A stretch of DNA of 64,000 bases from Octopus vulgaris (GCA_951406725.2 OX597830.1:13144001-13208000); one strand, 5' to 3'; positions 1 through 12,370 are shown, counted from the first letter of the stretch. The notes: generated by a model from the letters alone, not told the origin. Made by a program: numbers and translations.

Positions 1-69
1 TATGCAAGAACTAATAGACACTGTCAGTTTCCACATATACCACCTTCAAAATCATGAGCAAGGACACAA

Positions 70-462
70 GGCGCAGGAGTGGCTGTGTGGTAAGTAGCTT
101 GTTTACCAACCACATGGTTCCGGGTTGAGTCCCACTGCGTGGCACCTTGGGCAAGTGTCTTCTACTATAGCTTCGGGTCGACCAAAGCCCTCTGAGTGGA
201 TTTGGTAGATGGAAACTAAAAGAAGCCCGTCGTATATATGTATATATATGTTTGTGTGTCTGTGTTTGTTCCCCTAGTATTGCTTGACAACTGATGCTGG
301 TGTGTTTACGTCCCCGTCACTTAGTGGTTCGGCAAAAGAGACCAATAGAATAAATACTGGGCTTACAAAAGAATAAGTCCCGGGGTTGAGTTGCTCGATT
401 AAAGGTGGTGCTCCAGCATGGCCGCAGTCAAATGACTGAAACAAGTAAAAGAGTGAAGAGAG
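70..462 (+). mobile_element. tRNA-derived SINE, family A (full-length copy)
   Basis: Head has an A-box-like TGGCTGTGTGG and a B-box-like GGTT(C/G)AGTCCC, then a central TA/TG microsatellite and the tail CCAGCATGGCCGCAGTCAAATGACTGAAACAAGTAAAAGA. Near-identical copies recur throughout the window. Confidence 0.88.
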
Positions 463-1649
463 TATACCGCAACAAGCTGGTATTTAGAGGCCCTCAGGTG
501 TTCAACTTCCTACTTGAAGAAACCAGAAACATAAAAGGGACTTTGATCAGTTACACTGAAGGAAGATTGGCTGCTATTAACTCAATTATAGACCAACTTC
601 TAGTCATAAAACTTCAAAACTGAAACAAAAAAAAAAGATATAAATAAATAAGCAAACAAAAGTAAAAATAGGTGTTGCTCCAGCATGGCTGCAGTTCATT
701 GACTGAAAGCACCAAATAAAAATAAAAGAATATGTGTATATTCATATGTGTATATATGTATGTGCACATATATGTTTATATGTATGTATTTATTTATTTG
801 TATGTGTGTATGTATGTACTACACTCATATCTAACTAATATATTTGATCAAGTTTAATTGCAGTTTCAAAGTTTGAACAAAAAAAGTTTTCTTTAATGCT
901 TAAACATGTAAATTTCTTTGAAATAACATTTCCCCATAGTTTCTTTCAAGTTGTTTGGCTTGTTTGAAATAAAAACATTTGGTGCTTTATGTTCTAATAA
1001 ATTTAATGTATAATGAAATGTGACATCTGGTTTGTCTCAAAGTGATAAAATTATGGTTTCCTAGTAACTTTAATTCCGGAATTAGGCATATATTTTACTG
1101 CTTTATGTTCTTCGACTTTAATTGACATCTTCCTCTGCCGATATTCTGTGTATGATGATGACTATGGCATAGCTTGTTCCTTCAAGAAATTTCACTTTTG
1201 ATTTAATTAATTAATTCCTATTTGTTTTCTTATTTCTCACTACAATGAAACAAATAATATTGATGTTTATAGTAGCTTTGCTTTTGCTGAATTAATTTCA
1301 TGAAAATTTTCTGATAATTTTCATTTAATTTTACTTTTAAAGAAGTATTTTTAGATAATTACTAATTGCCTTCAAGTATGAAAAATTCTTTCAACTTTAT
1401 TATTCTGAAACATTTAGATTTCTCTTATAAACTGACTATTTGAAGTATATATGCTTTCTTAATAATTCATGCTTAAGCTATAGTAAGCAATTTGGTTACT
1501 TTCTGTGAGGGCTAAATTATATTATTCGCTATTATGCTCTGTAGAGTATAATTGAGTAAAACTGAAATATTTTTTAGATTAATTTATGTTTATTTTATGC
1601 TCCATTTGTTGTATGTCTCTTTTTCTTCCTTCTTCCTCTCCTCTGTGCA

Positions 1650-2900
1650 TTTAATACAGAGAACACTATGTTCAGCCACTAAATCTGGGTAGGGAACCAG
1701 CTTTGCTCCTATGATACATCTCCAGATTCTGTTTTAGTGATGACCCAACATAACACTCACCTTTAGCAAAAGACTGCTTTGGAAATGTGATTATTTTGCA
1801 TTAAACTGTTTTTCCATGTAGGAAAAGAGTTCTGTATTGGGCATCATGTCCTACCATGATCTTACATATTTTGAGGAAACTATCTAATTGTTTTAGCTGC
1901 CTACAGGGTCCATAATTCTGCAACATTCAATAGGGTAGTTACTACCACTACTTTATGTGTTTGAATCTTTGTATACAGTGAAATGTCTGAATTTGTCAGC
2001 CTGCCAAAATGAACACTCACTTTGCCAAGTCTAGAGGAATTATTGAGATCCATAGTTGGTTTACTGGACACCGTGCTATCCATATCGGTAAAATCCTCCA
2101 CCACTTCTGGTATATTTCCATTGATTGTGATTTCCGAATTACTTGGGAAGCATTTAAGTCTAGGTCTGGTTTTGTACCTGAGTCCAGTCTTTATGATGAC
2201 TATGAGATCAAAGTTCTTTGCATTAACTGAGAAGCAGTTTGAGATTCTTTGAATATCTTCAAGAGTATGGGTAACAAAGGCACTGTCAGCAGCAAAGAGC
2301 TGCTCACACAAACATTTCCGATATTTTTGTTTTAGCATGATGTCATTCGAGGTTGAAAATGTTAAAAATTTTACTTGCAACAAATTAAGTGTTCTTCTGA
2401 AAGTTGTATCAAGCATAGTTGAGAAGCACATGCTGAATAGCTTTGGAGCAATGGCATAGCCTTGCTTGACACCATTTGTCACAGCTATGGTTCTATTTTC
2501 AACATTACACCCCATTGTGAAAGGATCTGGTGATCTCAACAAAACAGGACATCTAATGCTTGAGAAAACTTTCCACAGGTCCTCATGATAAATGTTGTCA
2601 GGTGCCTCAATAAAATCATAGAAAATAAGGAAGAGATCAAGGCCTTGCTTTCTGATCTTTGGTTCTTTTGAAGTTTGTGGAGACTGAAAATCAAAACGGT
2701 TGTTCTTTTGTTTGGTTGAGGATTCATTGAAAAAAACATTCATTGAGGTGTATCACTTCAGGTGTATCTTGGAATAATGTTTCCAGCAATTTCTCCTGCA
2801 GAAGTGAACTGTATTTGCATCTTTGAAATCTTGTGATGCTATGATGCTAGGTGTTTCCATTATTTTGTCCAACCCCTGTATGTCTCATCCCCTGGAAGTC
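1650..2900 (-). mobile_element. Degenerate RTE-clade LINE, reverse transcriptase region
   Basis: ORF 1901..2743 keeps RT motifs (TNGVKQGYAIAPKLFS, LFAADSA for FADD, VEDFTDMDS, TKIQTHKVVVVTTLL) with deletions. Boundaries approximate. Confidence 0.85.
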
Positions 2901-3082
2901 ATTTGGGAGTTATTCTGTATAAATTTACAGTAATGATAATTTATGGTTTAATGTTTGAAATGATACAATGATGTAATAATTAAACTGGTACAATAGTGAT
3001 GTTATTAATTACTGAATTTTATTGATTTGTTTATTTCATCGATTTATTCATTTTGTTAATCATATTCTTTATATAAAGTTAC

Positions 3083-3482
3083 ATGGCTGTGTAGCTTGTC
3101 TACCAACCACATGGTTCCGGGTTCAGTCCCACTGCGTGGCACCTTGGGCAAGTGTCTTCTACTATAGCCTCGGGCCGACCAAAGCCTTGTGAGTGGATTT
3201 GGTAGATGGAAACTGAAAGAATCCCGTTGTATATGCGTCCAGCAGTAGAAACATCTATATATATATATATATGCATGTCTGTGTTTGTCCCCTAGCATTG
3301 CTTGACAACCGATGCTGGTGTGTTTATGTCCCCGTCTCTTAGCGGTTTGGCAAAAAAAGACCGATAGAATAAGTACTGGGCTTACAAAAAGAATAAGTCC
3401 CGGGGTCGAGTTGCTCGATTAAAGGCGGTGCTCCAGCATGGCCACAGTCAAATGACTGAAACAAGTAAAAGAATAAAAGAGT
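3083..3482 (+). mobile_element. SINE family A
   Basis: High identity to 70..462 with a slightly deleted head. Confidence 0.88.
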
Positions 3483-3649
3483 ATATAAAATATGTATTTA
3501 AAAAAATAATCTTTATACTCATCTTTCTACCTACAGGTAATAAATCACTTGAACAAAATTGTGTGAATATATAAATAAATGTGATTGTTTTAGTTGTTAA
3601 CAGCTGTAGGATTTCCATGGACCCATATCCAGCACATTGAGACTTGTGA

Positions 3650-4103
3650 AAGTGCTTTGAACATAGCCATACCTTAGCAGAATACTATTATAGATAATGT
3701 CTTTGATTTCATTCCAGAGTTAAGATTGTTTAAAATGTTTGCTACATACATTTATTCCTTCAGCACAATCTCAATAATTTTGAAAACAATGGGAAAGCAA
3801 AGCAAAGTGGATCAGTATTTTCTCATGGACAATTGCATGTAGCTCTTCCTAGAACGTGTTCACTTCTTGATGAAAAGATAAAAATAATGGATTATAATTC
3901 TCAAGTGTTTAATCATGAATATAGTTTTCTCCTACAACTACACTATCAATACTACCTATGTGAACTTTACACCATCTCAAGAATCAAGTGCATTTGAAAA
4001 ACTATAATTTCAGAAGAAATTGTATATTTCATGGTTCTCTATAAATCTTCCATCTATCTTAATATTCTAGAAAAATAACTGAAATTTTCACAGAAGCTGC
4101 TAG
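3650..4103 (+). mobile_element. Helitron relic (C-terminus of PIF1-like helicase plus candidate 3' end)
   Basis: 3815-3853 reads VFSHGQLHVALPR, matching the PIF1/RepHel motif VFSHGQLYVALSR. Candidate CTAG|T terminus at 4100-4104. Confidence 0.65.
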
Positions 4104-4801
4104 TGTGAATAATTGTTGTAGCTTCAGTTAATTTTGGAATACAGTATACATTAATCATGTTTTTTCTTTAAACCTTCCCAATAAAGCTGGATAACTCAAA
4201 GGAATAGGTTTGTCATCCTGACTATGTAAATTATATTTGCTGTGGACTTGGGATGACAATTCTTTACTGAAATGACCCGAGTTCATATTTTAAAAAGCTC
4301 AAATTAAAAAAAAGATATTAACACTTGATTATAATGTTATTTTGCCATTTCTGTTAACAAGTATGAAGGCCAGTCTAACAAATATTGAATGCTATTTCGT
4401 CACAGTTTTAGTGATAACTCACTCTGTTTGCCAATCAGATTTCAGTCACTCTGTTGTGAAATTGATAAAATCATCTCCACCTGTAATTATTAAATACAGT
4501 AAAATTTTCTTCAGATTATTCTGTCTAATGTATTTATTTATTATCATTGTTCTGAATTAATCATGTATAGTCTGATAGCTTTGAGATTTTTATGAGGTGG
4601 CTATTAAATTCTAGAATGATATTGTAGGATAGGTGTGAGGGACCAGATCTGGCAAGTTTGAACATAAAACAGGAAGAATATTTTGGCTGGATATGGAAAT
4701 GGAACCAAGTACTTTATTTCAATTTCAATTTCTTTTATATGATTCTATGATTCTAGTCGATTCCATTGTGTAATATTTTGCCTAAAATATTTCTTTTGCA
4801 G

Positions 4802-4942
4802 CCAATGGAAACAAACACTAATTTGGCACAATTCCGCCCTCGTACAGGGAAAACAGCTAATGCCCCACTTCTGCTGGAAATTGAGGTTTATCTCCATTTA
4901 CTGGTGGTTATACATCTCATTGATGTGAAGAAATATAATGAG
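4802..4942 (+). CDS. PSMD3: 26S proteasome non-ATPase regulatory subunit 3 (Rpn3), internal exon A
   Basis: ttttgcag acceptor and GAG|gtaagg donor; 141 nt, phase 0-0. Encodes [47 protein letters not shown], matching human PSMD3 [36 protein letters not shown] as recalled. Confidence 0.93.
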
Positions 4943-4968
4943 GTAAGGTTTGTGTATGTGTGTGTTAA

Positions 4969-5190
4969 CCCTTTAGCGTTCAGATTAATTTGTGAAAAGT
5001 AATCCTTATTTATTCACATTTAAAAAAATTTATCTGATTTTATTTTGTAGCTTCAAGATTTGGAAAGATGTAATTGCTTATTTTTTAGAATGACATTGCA
5101 GGGTAGGTGTGAGATGCTGGTTCTGGCCAGTTTGAGCATAAAATGTGTAGAATATTTGGGCCGGATACAACCGATTTAAACACTAAAGGG
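4969..5190. mobile_element. piggyBac-type MITE, family P1
   Basis: TTAA target duplication on both sides and CCCTTTAG/CTAAAGGG terminal inverted repeats; starts about 26 nt after the exon A donor. Confidence 0.88.
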
Positions 5191-5633
5191 TTAAAGATCC
5201 TTTCTTTGCTAGGCAAATAAACAAGAGCTGGTTTTGCATTGAAATATTTTAGTTGGAGAAGATAATTTAAAATTTGTATTAAGAGAAGTTACTTTATTGT
5301 TAAAAGTAATTCAAAGCAGAAAATTTTTCATTTTAATAGATGCAATTTTTAAACTACTAAATTTAACAAAAAATTTAACTGGTCATTGCAATAGAACGAC
5401 TAAGAGATAAAGTGAATGATTATCTTCCAATTTTATTAGAGTGTGAGATTCTGTTCTACATGAGGTTAAAGAACATCATTCAGTTTTAAAAACTTTGTTT
5501 GGTAAATATGTACAAGGTTGCAAATTTAAGATTTTTTTTTATAGTTAAAATGTATGTAAATTTCTTGAAATAAAGAGAAATATTTGGTTCTCAGACGTCT
5601 GAATTTCATTCCAAGTTTTGTTTTCTTTCCTAG

Positions 5634-5770
5634 GGTGTAAAATGTGTTGATTTGTTAATGACCAAGATCACCTCTCAAAATCGCCGCTCTCTCGATATGT
5701 TAGCAGCGAAATGTTATTTCTATTACTCCAGAGTCTATGAGTTAACAGATCAACTAGACAAAATTCGCAC
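5634..5770 (+). CDS. PSMD3: PSMD3 internal exon B
   Basis: ttttctttcctag acceptor and AC|gtaagt donor; 137 nt. Encodes GVKCVDLLMTKITSQNRRSLDMLAAKCYFYYSRVYELTDQLDKIR (cf. [22 protein letters not shown]). Absent from the ORF track. Confidence 0.95.
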
Positions 5771-5889
5771 GTAAGTACATCTTCTCAACTCTATCTCATG
5801 TAAAAACATATTTCTTGTATTATGAAATCTAATTCTCATATTTGCTCTCCATGTTGCCATGGGCTGTAAAATGTCTATAAGCAATATGA

Positions 5890-6442
5890 AGCACATGATC
5901 GTGGGAAAAGTGTGGCAAATGACCACAAATAACCTTCAAAGCAGAACTTCACTTGAAGAAGGTTATGTTTTCAATTGGTAAGATTTTATGAGCTTCTTCC
6001 CATTGACAGGACCATCAATTCAGATATGTACTGTTACCAGCTGGATAAATTAAATGCAGTAATCCACCAGAAATGTCCAACATTTGCTAATCATAAGGGT
6101 GTTCCCTTTCATCATGACAATGTCAGATGGCAAAATTCTTTGTAGATGTGGAAAAAGTTACTGGGGTTTGGTTGGGAAATTTTGCTACACCCTCCATACT
6201 CATCTGACCATGTGCCTTCAGATTTCCACATGTTTTGGTATTTTCAAAATTCATTGAATAGTTCTGAAGAGGATGTAAAAATTCACTTGGAAGATTTTTT
6301 ACCATCAAATACAAGACATTTTTTTTGAGCAGTGAATAATGAACTTATTTGCCCACTAGATGGCAGAAGATACTGGCATGAAGTGATAATTACATCATTG
6401 ATTGAATGAACCACTAAAACAAACTTTTTGGCCAACCCAGTA
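5890..6442 (+). mobile_element. mariner transposase relic with 3' TIR
   Basis: Degenerate FHHDN and WEILLHPPYSSDHVPSDFHMF (mariner HPPYSPDLAPSDYHLF); ends AACTTTTTGGCCAACCCAG-TA. Confidence 0.85.
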
Positions 6443-6802
6443 TATACATGATATATTTGTAGAACAGCTTTTGTTTTATGCCTGTTACATTAAATACACA
6501 ACTATGTTCAAGTTTTATATCTATTTTAGATTTTTCATATTATTAGTTTTTATAATTGGTTTGGAACAATACAGCTCCTAAATCCATATTTGATGTTGTT
6601 TCCAGACCGTCACTGTCGCATTTTCAAGCTTTGTCAATATTTGGCATCTGTGTTGTTTCTTCTATATTGGTTGAACTTGTGCAGATTTTTCTGCCAAAGA
6701 TTTCTTGATCATTTGCTTCATCCATCGTGTTAATTTTTCCATATGCTTGGAAGCTTTAAATCGTGGTGATCAGTTTTCTTGAGAAATAAAGTGTTAGCAT
6801 GT

Positions 6803-7124
6803 ATCATCATCATTATCGTTTAACGTCTGCTTTCCATGCTAGCATGGGTTGGACAATTTGACTGAGGACTGGCAAACCAGATGGCTGCACCAGGCTCCAA
6901 TCTTGATCTGGCAGAGTTTCTACAGCTGGATGCCCTTCCTAAGGCCAACCACTCCTACCCACTACACTCTTGGAGTGGTTGGCGTTAGGAAGGGCATCCA
7001 GCTGTAGAAACTCTGCCAGATCAAGATTGGAGCCTGGTGCAGCCATCTGGTTCGCCAGTCCTCAGTCAAATCGTCCAACCCATGCTAGCATGGAAAGCGG
7101 ACGTTAAACAATGATGATGATGAT
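6803..7124. repeat. Palindrome of two RTE 3'-tail fragments
   Basis: Arms 6803-6955 and 6972-7124 (153 bp each, 6 mismatches by manual count) around a 16-nt spacer; (CAT)n and (ATG)n tails point outward. Confidence 0.92.
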
Positions 7125-7288
7125 GCTTCCAGAAAAGTGCAGTTTCATCAACTTTGTATACTTCATCTGGTGTGTCTTTCCCCTTCTCCACTCGTTTTCC
7201 TCATCTGCTCTGGATAATTAGTAGCAGCCTCTGTATCAGCACTGGTAGCTTCACCAATCATTGTTATGCAAATGCAAATGTTTCTTGA

Positions 7289-7734
7289 CCCTTTAGCATT
7301 TCAATTACTTTGTCAATTTACAATGGTTATTCATTCACATTGTTTTTCATTAATCATTGCTTTATCTTGTAGCTTTGAGATTTTGATACTGTGATTGTTT
7401 ATTTTTTTTAATGACATTGTAGGGCAGGTGTGAAAGACTAGATCTAGCCATTTTAAGCACGAAACAGGTAGAATATTTTGGTCGGCTATGGTCAGTTTAA
7501 ATGCTAAAGGGTTAACCCTTTAGTGTTCAGATTATTCTATCAAACATAATGCTTATTGATTCCCATTGATTTGAATTAATCATGCATTATTTCATATCTT
7601 CAAGATCTTGATGGTGTAATTACTTAATGTAGAATAACATTGTAGGGTAGGTGTGAGGGCCTGGATCTGGTCAGTTTGAACATAAAACAGATTAAATATT
7701 TTAGCCGGATATGGCCGGTTTAAATACTAAAGGG
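7289..7734. mobile_element. Tandem dimer of piggyBac-type MITE P1
   Basis: Two copies (7289-7511 and 7516-7734) share one TTAA at 7512-7515. Confidence 0.88.
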
Positions 7735-8629
7735 TTAAACTATTCAAACCAGCTTTTACTAAGCAGAAAAGTTCTTTTCATTAGAAGTTTCACCTTCTTT
7801 TTTCTGCAAACCAGCAATCAAACTTTTGACTGCCTTTTTTCTTGAATTGCCATCCTGCTTATTGGCACGTTATGTCAAGTATGGTCCTTGATCCCTATAC
7901 TCAAGAGCCATTCCATTTTAAGCATGCCATTAGATTTTATGATTAAATAAGGTTTGAGTAGATAATGAAGTATCTTCTTGAGCACCTGACTAATTTTTTG
8001 TGTGTTGTTCTCACTGCAGAAGTTGCAAGATTTAATGTTTCGGCAATGTGGCTGATTGTTCTTGTCCTGCATCAAATCTTTTTAAAACATCATCTTTGAT
8101 ACCTAATTTAATCTCTCTGTGGTTATTTGTCCCACTACTGGCTTCAGATCCACTTGATGGCTTCTTTCGAAACATCTCAATGATTTGTAGGCAAATCTGA
8201 CAGCGCTAGTGTTTTGTGAGAGCAAAAAAATGTGGAACACTCCCATGGATGTAACAATAGGAATGAGATGAGGAAAAGGTTAAGGAGTGCATTGGGAGGA
8301 AGTACTGTATGATTACAGTGAGTTGAAGGGTTACCAGGTTTGCAACCCCTTTCTTCCTTGTACCTCTGACTTAAACTGTAAGAACTCTACACACATGCAA
8401 ACACTTCTCTGCATTGACATACAACATATTTAGCTAATACTGATTCTGCCAGCCTCTGTCACTCCCAGTTATGATTTCCCTTTGATTTACCTTTGTTGTG
8501 TAGCCATGTATTTTCTGTACTGCAAGACACCTGTTTCTGTCTCTAGATTACACTCTTGACCTCTCATCACCTGGCACTATGCCACCCCACTCCTCAGTAC
8601 TACTCACAGTTTAGTTGAGTGGGGTCTTG

Positions 8630-8840
8630 TCTTGCAAGTTACTCGGTGACTTTGCTGATGGTGATGCCACAAAAAGGAAAAAAGCACACAGTGCACAATG
8701 TAAAGTGGTTGATGTTAGGAAGGGCATCAGGCCATAGAAACCATGGCAGTTTGTACAGTCTTCTGGCTTGCTAGTTCCTGTCAAACCATCCAACCCATGC
8801 CAGTATGGGAGGTGGATGATAAATGCAAATGATGATGATT
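8630..8840 (+). mobile_element. RTE 3' UTR/tail fragment
   Basis: GTTAGGAAGGGCATC...CCAACCCATGC...GATGAT tail shared with the RTE copy at 46880-47783. Confidence 0.75.
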
Positions 8841-9032
8841 ACAGTTGGATACTTTAAATTATTAAATAAGATCAACTCAGTAATTCTGTTAACAATTTTA
8901 TAGATTTGTGATTTAATATTTGATATTTATTTGTACATTAATCACTTCATTTCAAATTAAAACTGGTGGAGCTAGGAAGAATTTTTATTTTGTATTCTGG
9001 AAAAGAATAGAAAAGAAAATCCCAGCATTTAA

Positions 9033-9257
9033 CCCTTTTGATAGCAACCTGCCTCAGACTGCCCTCAACTCCTATGATACAAACCTTATGTTTTAAAGTG
9101 ATTTAAATTAAACCCACCCTTCAGAACTTTCCATGTTAATTTATATTCTAGATACCAGCTTAATAATGACAAACTTCTTTTACTAAAGTCTTCATGGTTT
9201 TCAAAATTAGTTGAATGGGAGGCAGTTTATTTTAACAAAAATATAGTAACAAAAGGG
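9033..9257. mobile_element. piggyBac-type MITE, family P2
   Basis: TTAA flanks and CCCTTTTG/CAAAAGGG TIRs; body differs from P1 and is shared with the copies at 26157, 35784, 44117 and 48456. Confidence 0.85.
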
Positions 9258-9650
9258 TTAAGGTCTTATCTATGTTCAGAATTTCAAGTAACTTGAGAGT
9301 TTATGCAAGTAGTAGCAATATCTACTTCCAGTTTTCATCTAGGCTGTATTGTTAAATAAGTAGAATAGCTTTGATTCAAAACAAGAATTGATAATCCAAA
9401 AGCAATGTTCTTACACTCAAGGAAAATGGGTTTTCTTGAAATATAGAAGAATTAGATGGTTACTTTGGTTTACTGATATAGAGCTGGATGGTTGTGTTGT
9501 CAGCATAACAGTTATTGTTAGCCATACACCAGCTTCCATTGAGCATACCTGTGACCAAATATATTCCAAACATGACCATCCTGTCTGTCTTATTTTGGCA
9601 AGTATATTGTTGTTTTTAAGACTACATTACTTATTGTCCTCTTTTTTTAA

Positions 9651-9872
9651 CCCTTTAGTATTTAAACCGGTCATATCCGGCCAAAAGTATTCTGCCTGTT
9701 TTATGTTCAAACTGGCCAGGTCTGGTCTCTCACACCAACCCTACAATATCGTCTTAAAAATTAACAGCTACCTCATCAAAATCTCATAACTACAAGATAA
9801 TGCATGATTAGTTCAAAACAATGTGGATAAAAAAAGCATTAGTTTTGGCAGAATAATGCAAACACTAAAGGG
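9651..9872. mobile_element. piggyBac-type MITE P1 (opposite orientation)
   Basis: TTAA flanks and CCCTTTAG TIRs; reverse complement of 33035-33255. Confidence 0.88.
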
Positions 9873-10826
9873 TTAATATTGTAGAGTATGTTATATGAAA
9901 GGTTTGTTGGGTTTAGCTGATACTTTTAGCAAATTTGAATAACTATGTTGGCTTAGTTTAATACTTTCTAATTGATTTGACATAATGGTGTATAGAGCTG
10001 GTGTTGTTTAATATGTTTATTGACCAACAAGGAGTTGGGCAGGCAGTTTGTTTGACCAAATGATACGAGACTGTAAAAGCTATGTACACTATTAGTGGGC
10101 CTTGAGCAGCAGTCAGTATCTTGTGTTCCACATTTTATAGTTTTTCCAAACAATAAAGTGGGTTGATAATTGGTCCGATTTTCTGAAATTCAGGCTACTG
10201 AGAGAGGAAGAGTAAGATAAGTTCAGTGTTAATTCATCATCATTTAGCGTCTGCTTTCCATGCTAGCATGGGTTGGATGGTTCAACGGGGGCCAGGCGAG
10301 GCTGGCAACGGCCATGATCGGATGCTGCTTTTTATGTGCCACTAGTCTTCAAATTCATAATCAGGAGAATCTCTGACTTAATTTTTACTCCTAAGCAGAA
10401 TCACTTTGCAGACAACTTTCTGAAAAGTATGAATGTTAGCTAATTTTTTTTACATAAATTTTTTTTACATAAATGTGTAAGTTTACTTGCCAGTGGGAAC
10501 TAGAGAAAGGGAAAATTTAATTAAGAAAATACTAGGTACTTCAGGGGCATACTGTTTGAAGTTAGTGACAGATATAAGCTTTAAGTTAGTATTTATAATT
10601 GATTATTTGGGAATCTCTAGGTTTGTTGGGTTTAGGAAATAGTAAATTTGTAAGACTTAGCACTTAAAAAAGTTGATAACTAGTCATCTGCATCCACTTA
10701 ACCCTTCATCAGAAGATTTGCTGGGAAATGTAACGTTTAGAGCTTGAAGGGAATACTCAGTTATTTTGAATAAGAATTTTGAATAGTTATTTTATTGTTT
10801 TTCATGAATTTCATAATATTGATTTT

Positions 10827-11022
10827 AATTTGTCAAAATATTTTCGTCGCTTTGAGACTGCGACCTGTTCACTGACAAAACTTTGTGCTAAATTTAAATG
10901 TTGAAGTGAATCTAACGGTTTTGTGTGTTTCTTAAATGGCTTATAAACACCTTCCATGCTGCAATTGTTTTCGTTCCAGCACATGATCTCAGATCACGTC
11001 ACTTGCTATGCAAGTACATCTC
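10827..11022. mobile_element. 196-bp insertion with a 15-bp TSD, Penelope pLTR-like
   Basis: CATAATATTGATTTT at 10812-10826 and 11023-11037; contains a minimal hammerhead-like motif. The Penelope assignment is an inference from that motif. Confidence 0.7.
10829..10879 (-). ncRNA. Minimal type I hammerhead-like ribozyme, G3-C8 variant
   Basis: Minus strand: UUUGUCA-GUGAACA-G-GUCGC(AGUCUCAAA)GCGAC-GAAA-AUAU-UU-UGACAAA. Confidence 0.6.
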
Positions 11023-11048
11023 CATAATATTGATTTTTCTTGTTTTAG

Positions 11049-11242
11049 TTTCCTTCATGCTCGGCTACGTACAGCTACTTTGCGATCTGATTTTGAAGGC
11101 CAAGCGGTGTTGTTGAACCTTTTACTGAGAAATTATTTGCATTACAACTTGATAGAGCAAGCTGATAAACTTGTATCAAAATCTGCATTTCCTGATGGAG
11201 CTGCTTCAAATAATGAACTGGCTCGATTCCTCTATTATTTAG
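11049..11242 (+). CDS. PSMD3: PSMD3 internal exon C
   Basis: ttgttttag acceptor and G|gtgagt donor; 194 nt, phase compatible with exon B. Encodes [64 protein letters not shown]. Confidence 0.96.
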
Positions 11243-11276
11243 GTGAGTACATGAAATCATTTATATCATGTCTTTA

Positions 11277-11314
<38 letters not shown>

Positions 11315-11319
11315 GTTCG

Positions 11320-11480
11320 TAGGTGGTGAGCTGGCAGAATCGTTAGCATGTCAGACAAAATGCTTTGTGGCATTTTGTCCGATCTTATGTTCTGTGTTCA
11401 AATTCCACTGTGGTCAACTTTGTCTTTCATACTTTCAGGATCGATAAAATAAGTACCAGTTGAACACTGGGGTCTATGTA
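11320..11480 (+). mobile_element. tRNA-derived SINE, family B (Meta/MESC-like core), degenerate
   Basis: GAGCTGGCAGAATCGTTAGC head, GTTCAAATTCC B box, and GGTCAACTTTG...GATAAAATAAGTACCAG core; follows a (TAT)n run. Confidence 0.75.
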
Positions 11481-12050
11481 ATCCCCCCATATCTGTTGGT
11501 CTAAGATTTTCTATTCAAAATTGATGCTATAATTATATCAATAACTATAGGTTAAAGAAACAATTTTCTTCAATCAATGATTCCAATAAAAAAGTCTTTT
11601 GAAAGAAAGCAAAGAATTTAGACATTTGAAACAGGGTAACAGAATTCAACAAATGCTTACTGAATAAGCTCCCTACCATATATATGGGACTGGACAAAAG
11701 AAAACAATCAGTATTTATTTTCCTTATTCTGCATTGTCAGTTCAAATTCTGCAGGCTCTGAAGATCAATTTTGAATAGAAAATTTTAGTCTATATGAAAT
11801 AATTTTGAGACTAAACAGAATGCAGTGTACTATGAGTTTACTGTTTTGTTCCTAACCAGTTCTTACCCTCTTCCTGTGTACATTCTGCTGGTTTTGTTTC
11901 TACATTTGACGTTTCCAGTTACATTAGTATATCATTCTTAATTCCCCCTCATAGTAAAATTACATCCTTACAAAAATTCAATTAAAAATAAATTATTGCC
12001 TAATTACAATAAGCATTTGTTTTTATATTGATGTTATGACTTTTTTTTAG

Positions 12051-12154
12051 GACGTATCAAAGCAGCCCAACTAGAATACACTGATGCTCACAAAAAACTG
12101 AATCAAGCAATTAGGAAAGCCCCTCAACATACTGCTGTAGGCTTCAAACAGACG
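12051..12154 (+). CDS. PSMD3: PSMD3 internal exon D
   Basis: tttttttag acceptor and ACG|gtaaga donor; 104 nt. Encodes [35 protein letters not shown]. Confidence 0.96.
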
Positions 12155-12255
12155 GTAAGAATAATTTTTTTGTTGTTTCACTTGAAAATCGAGTTTACTA
12201 TATTTGCTTTTATATCTGTTAGTAATTGGTTGATATTGTGTGTGTGTTTTTATAG

Positions 12256-12370
12256 GTACACAAGCTTGCAATAACCGTTGAGTTGTTGCTTGGTAATATT
12301 CCTGATAGATCTGTCTTCCGTCAGCCTTGTTACAGGAAAACTTTGGCCCCGTATTTTCAATTAACACAAG
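12256..12370 (+). CDS. PSMD3: PSMD3 internal exon E
   Basis: Follows a 101-nt intron; tttttatag acceptor and AG|gtatat donor; 115 nt. Encodes [38 protein letters not shown]. Confidence 0.96.

Larger units (their letters stand above)
6730..8130 (-). mobile_element. Tigger/pogo transposase relic, interrupted by later insertions
   Basis: Minus strand reads DVLKRFDAG (CENP-B-type HTH), MLKMEWLLSIGI, SKSWFE, GEATSADTEAA and DEVYKVDETALFWK (pogo DDE start). Confidence 0.78.

Noticed and set aside
70-140. tRNA gene
   Set aside because: The A/B-box-like head belongs to a SINE and does not form a full cloverleaf.
1120-1180. ATGATGA box C-like motif (snoRNA) and faint similarity to 41400-41450
   Set aside because: No convincing box D with a terminal stem; the similarity is short, gapped and could be chance.
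1901-2743. 280-aa ORF as a functional reverse transcriptase
   Set aside because: The catalytic FADD reads FAAD, internal blocks are missing, and the flanking frames are broken.
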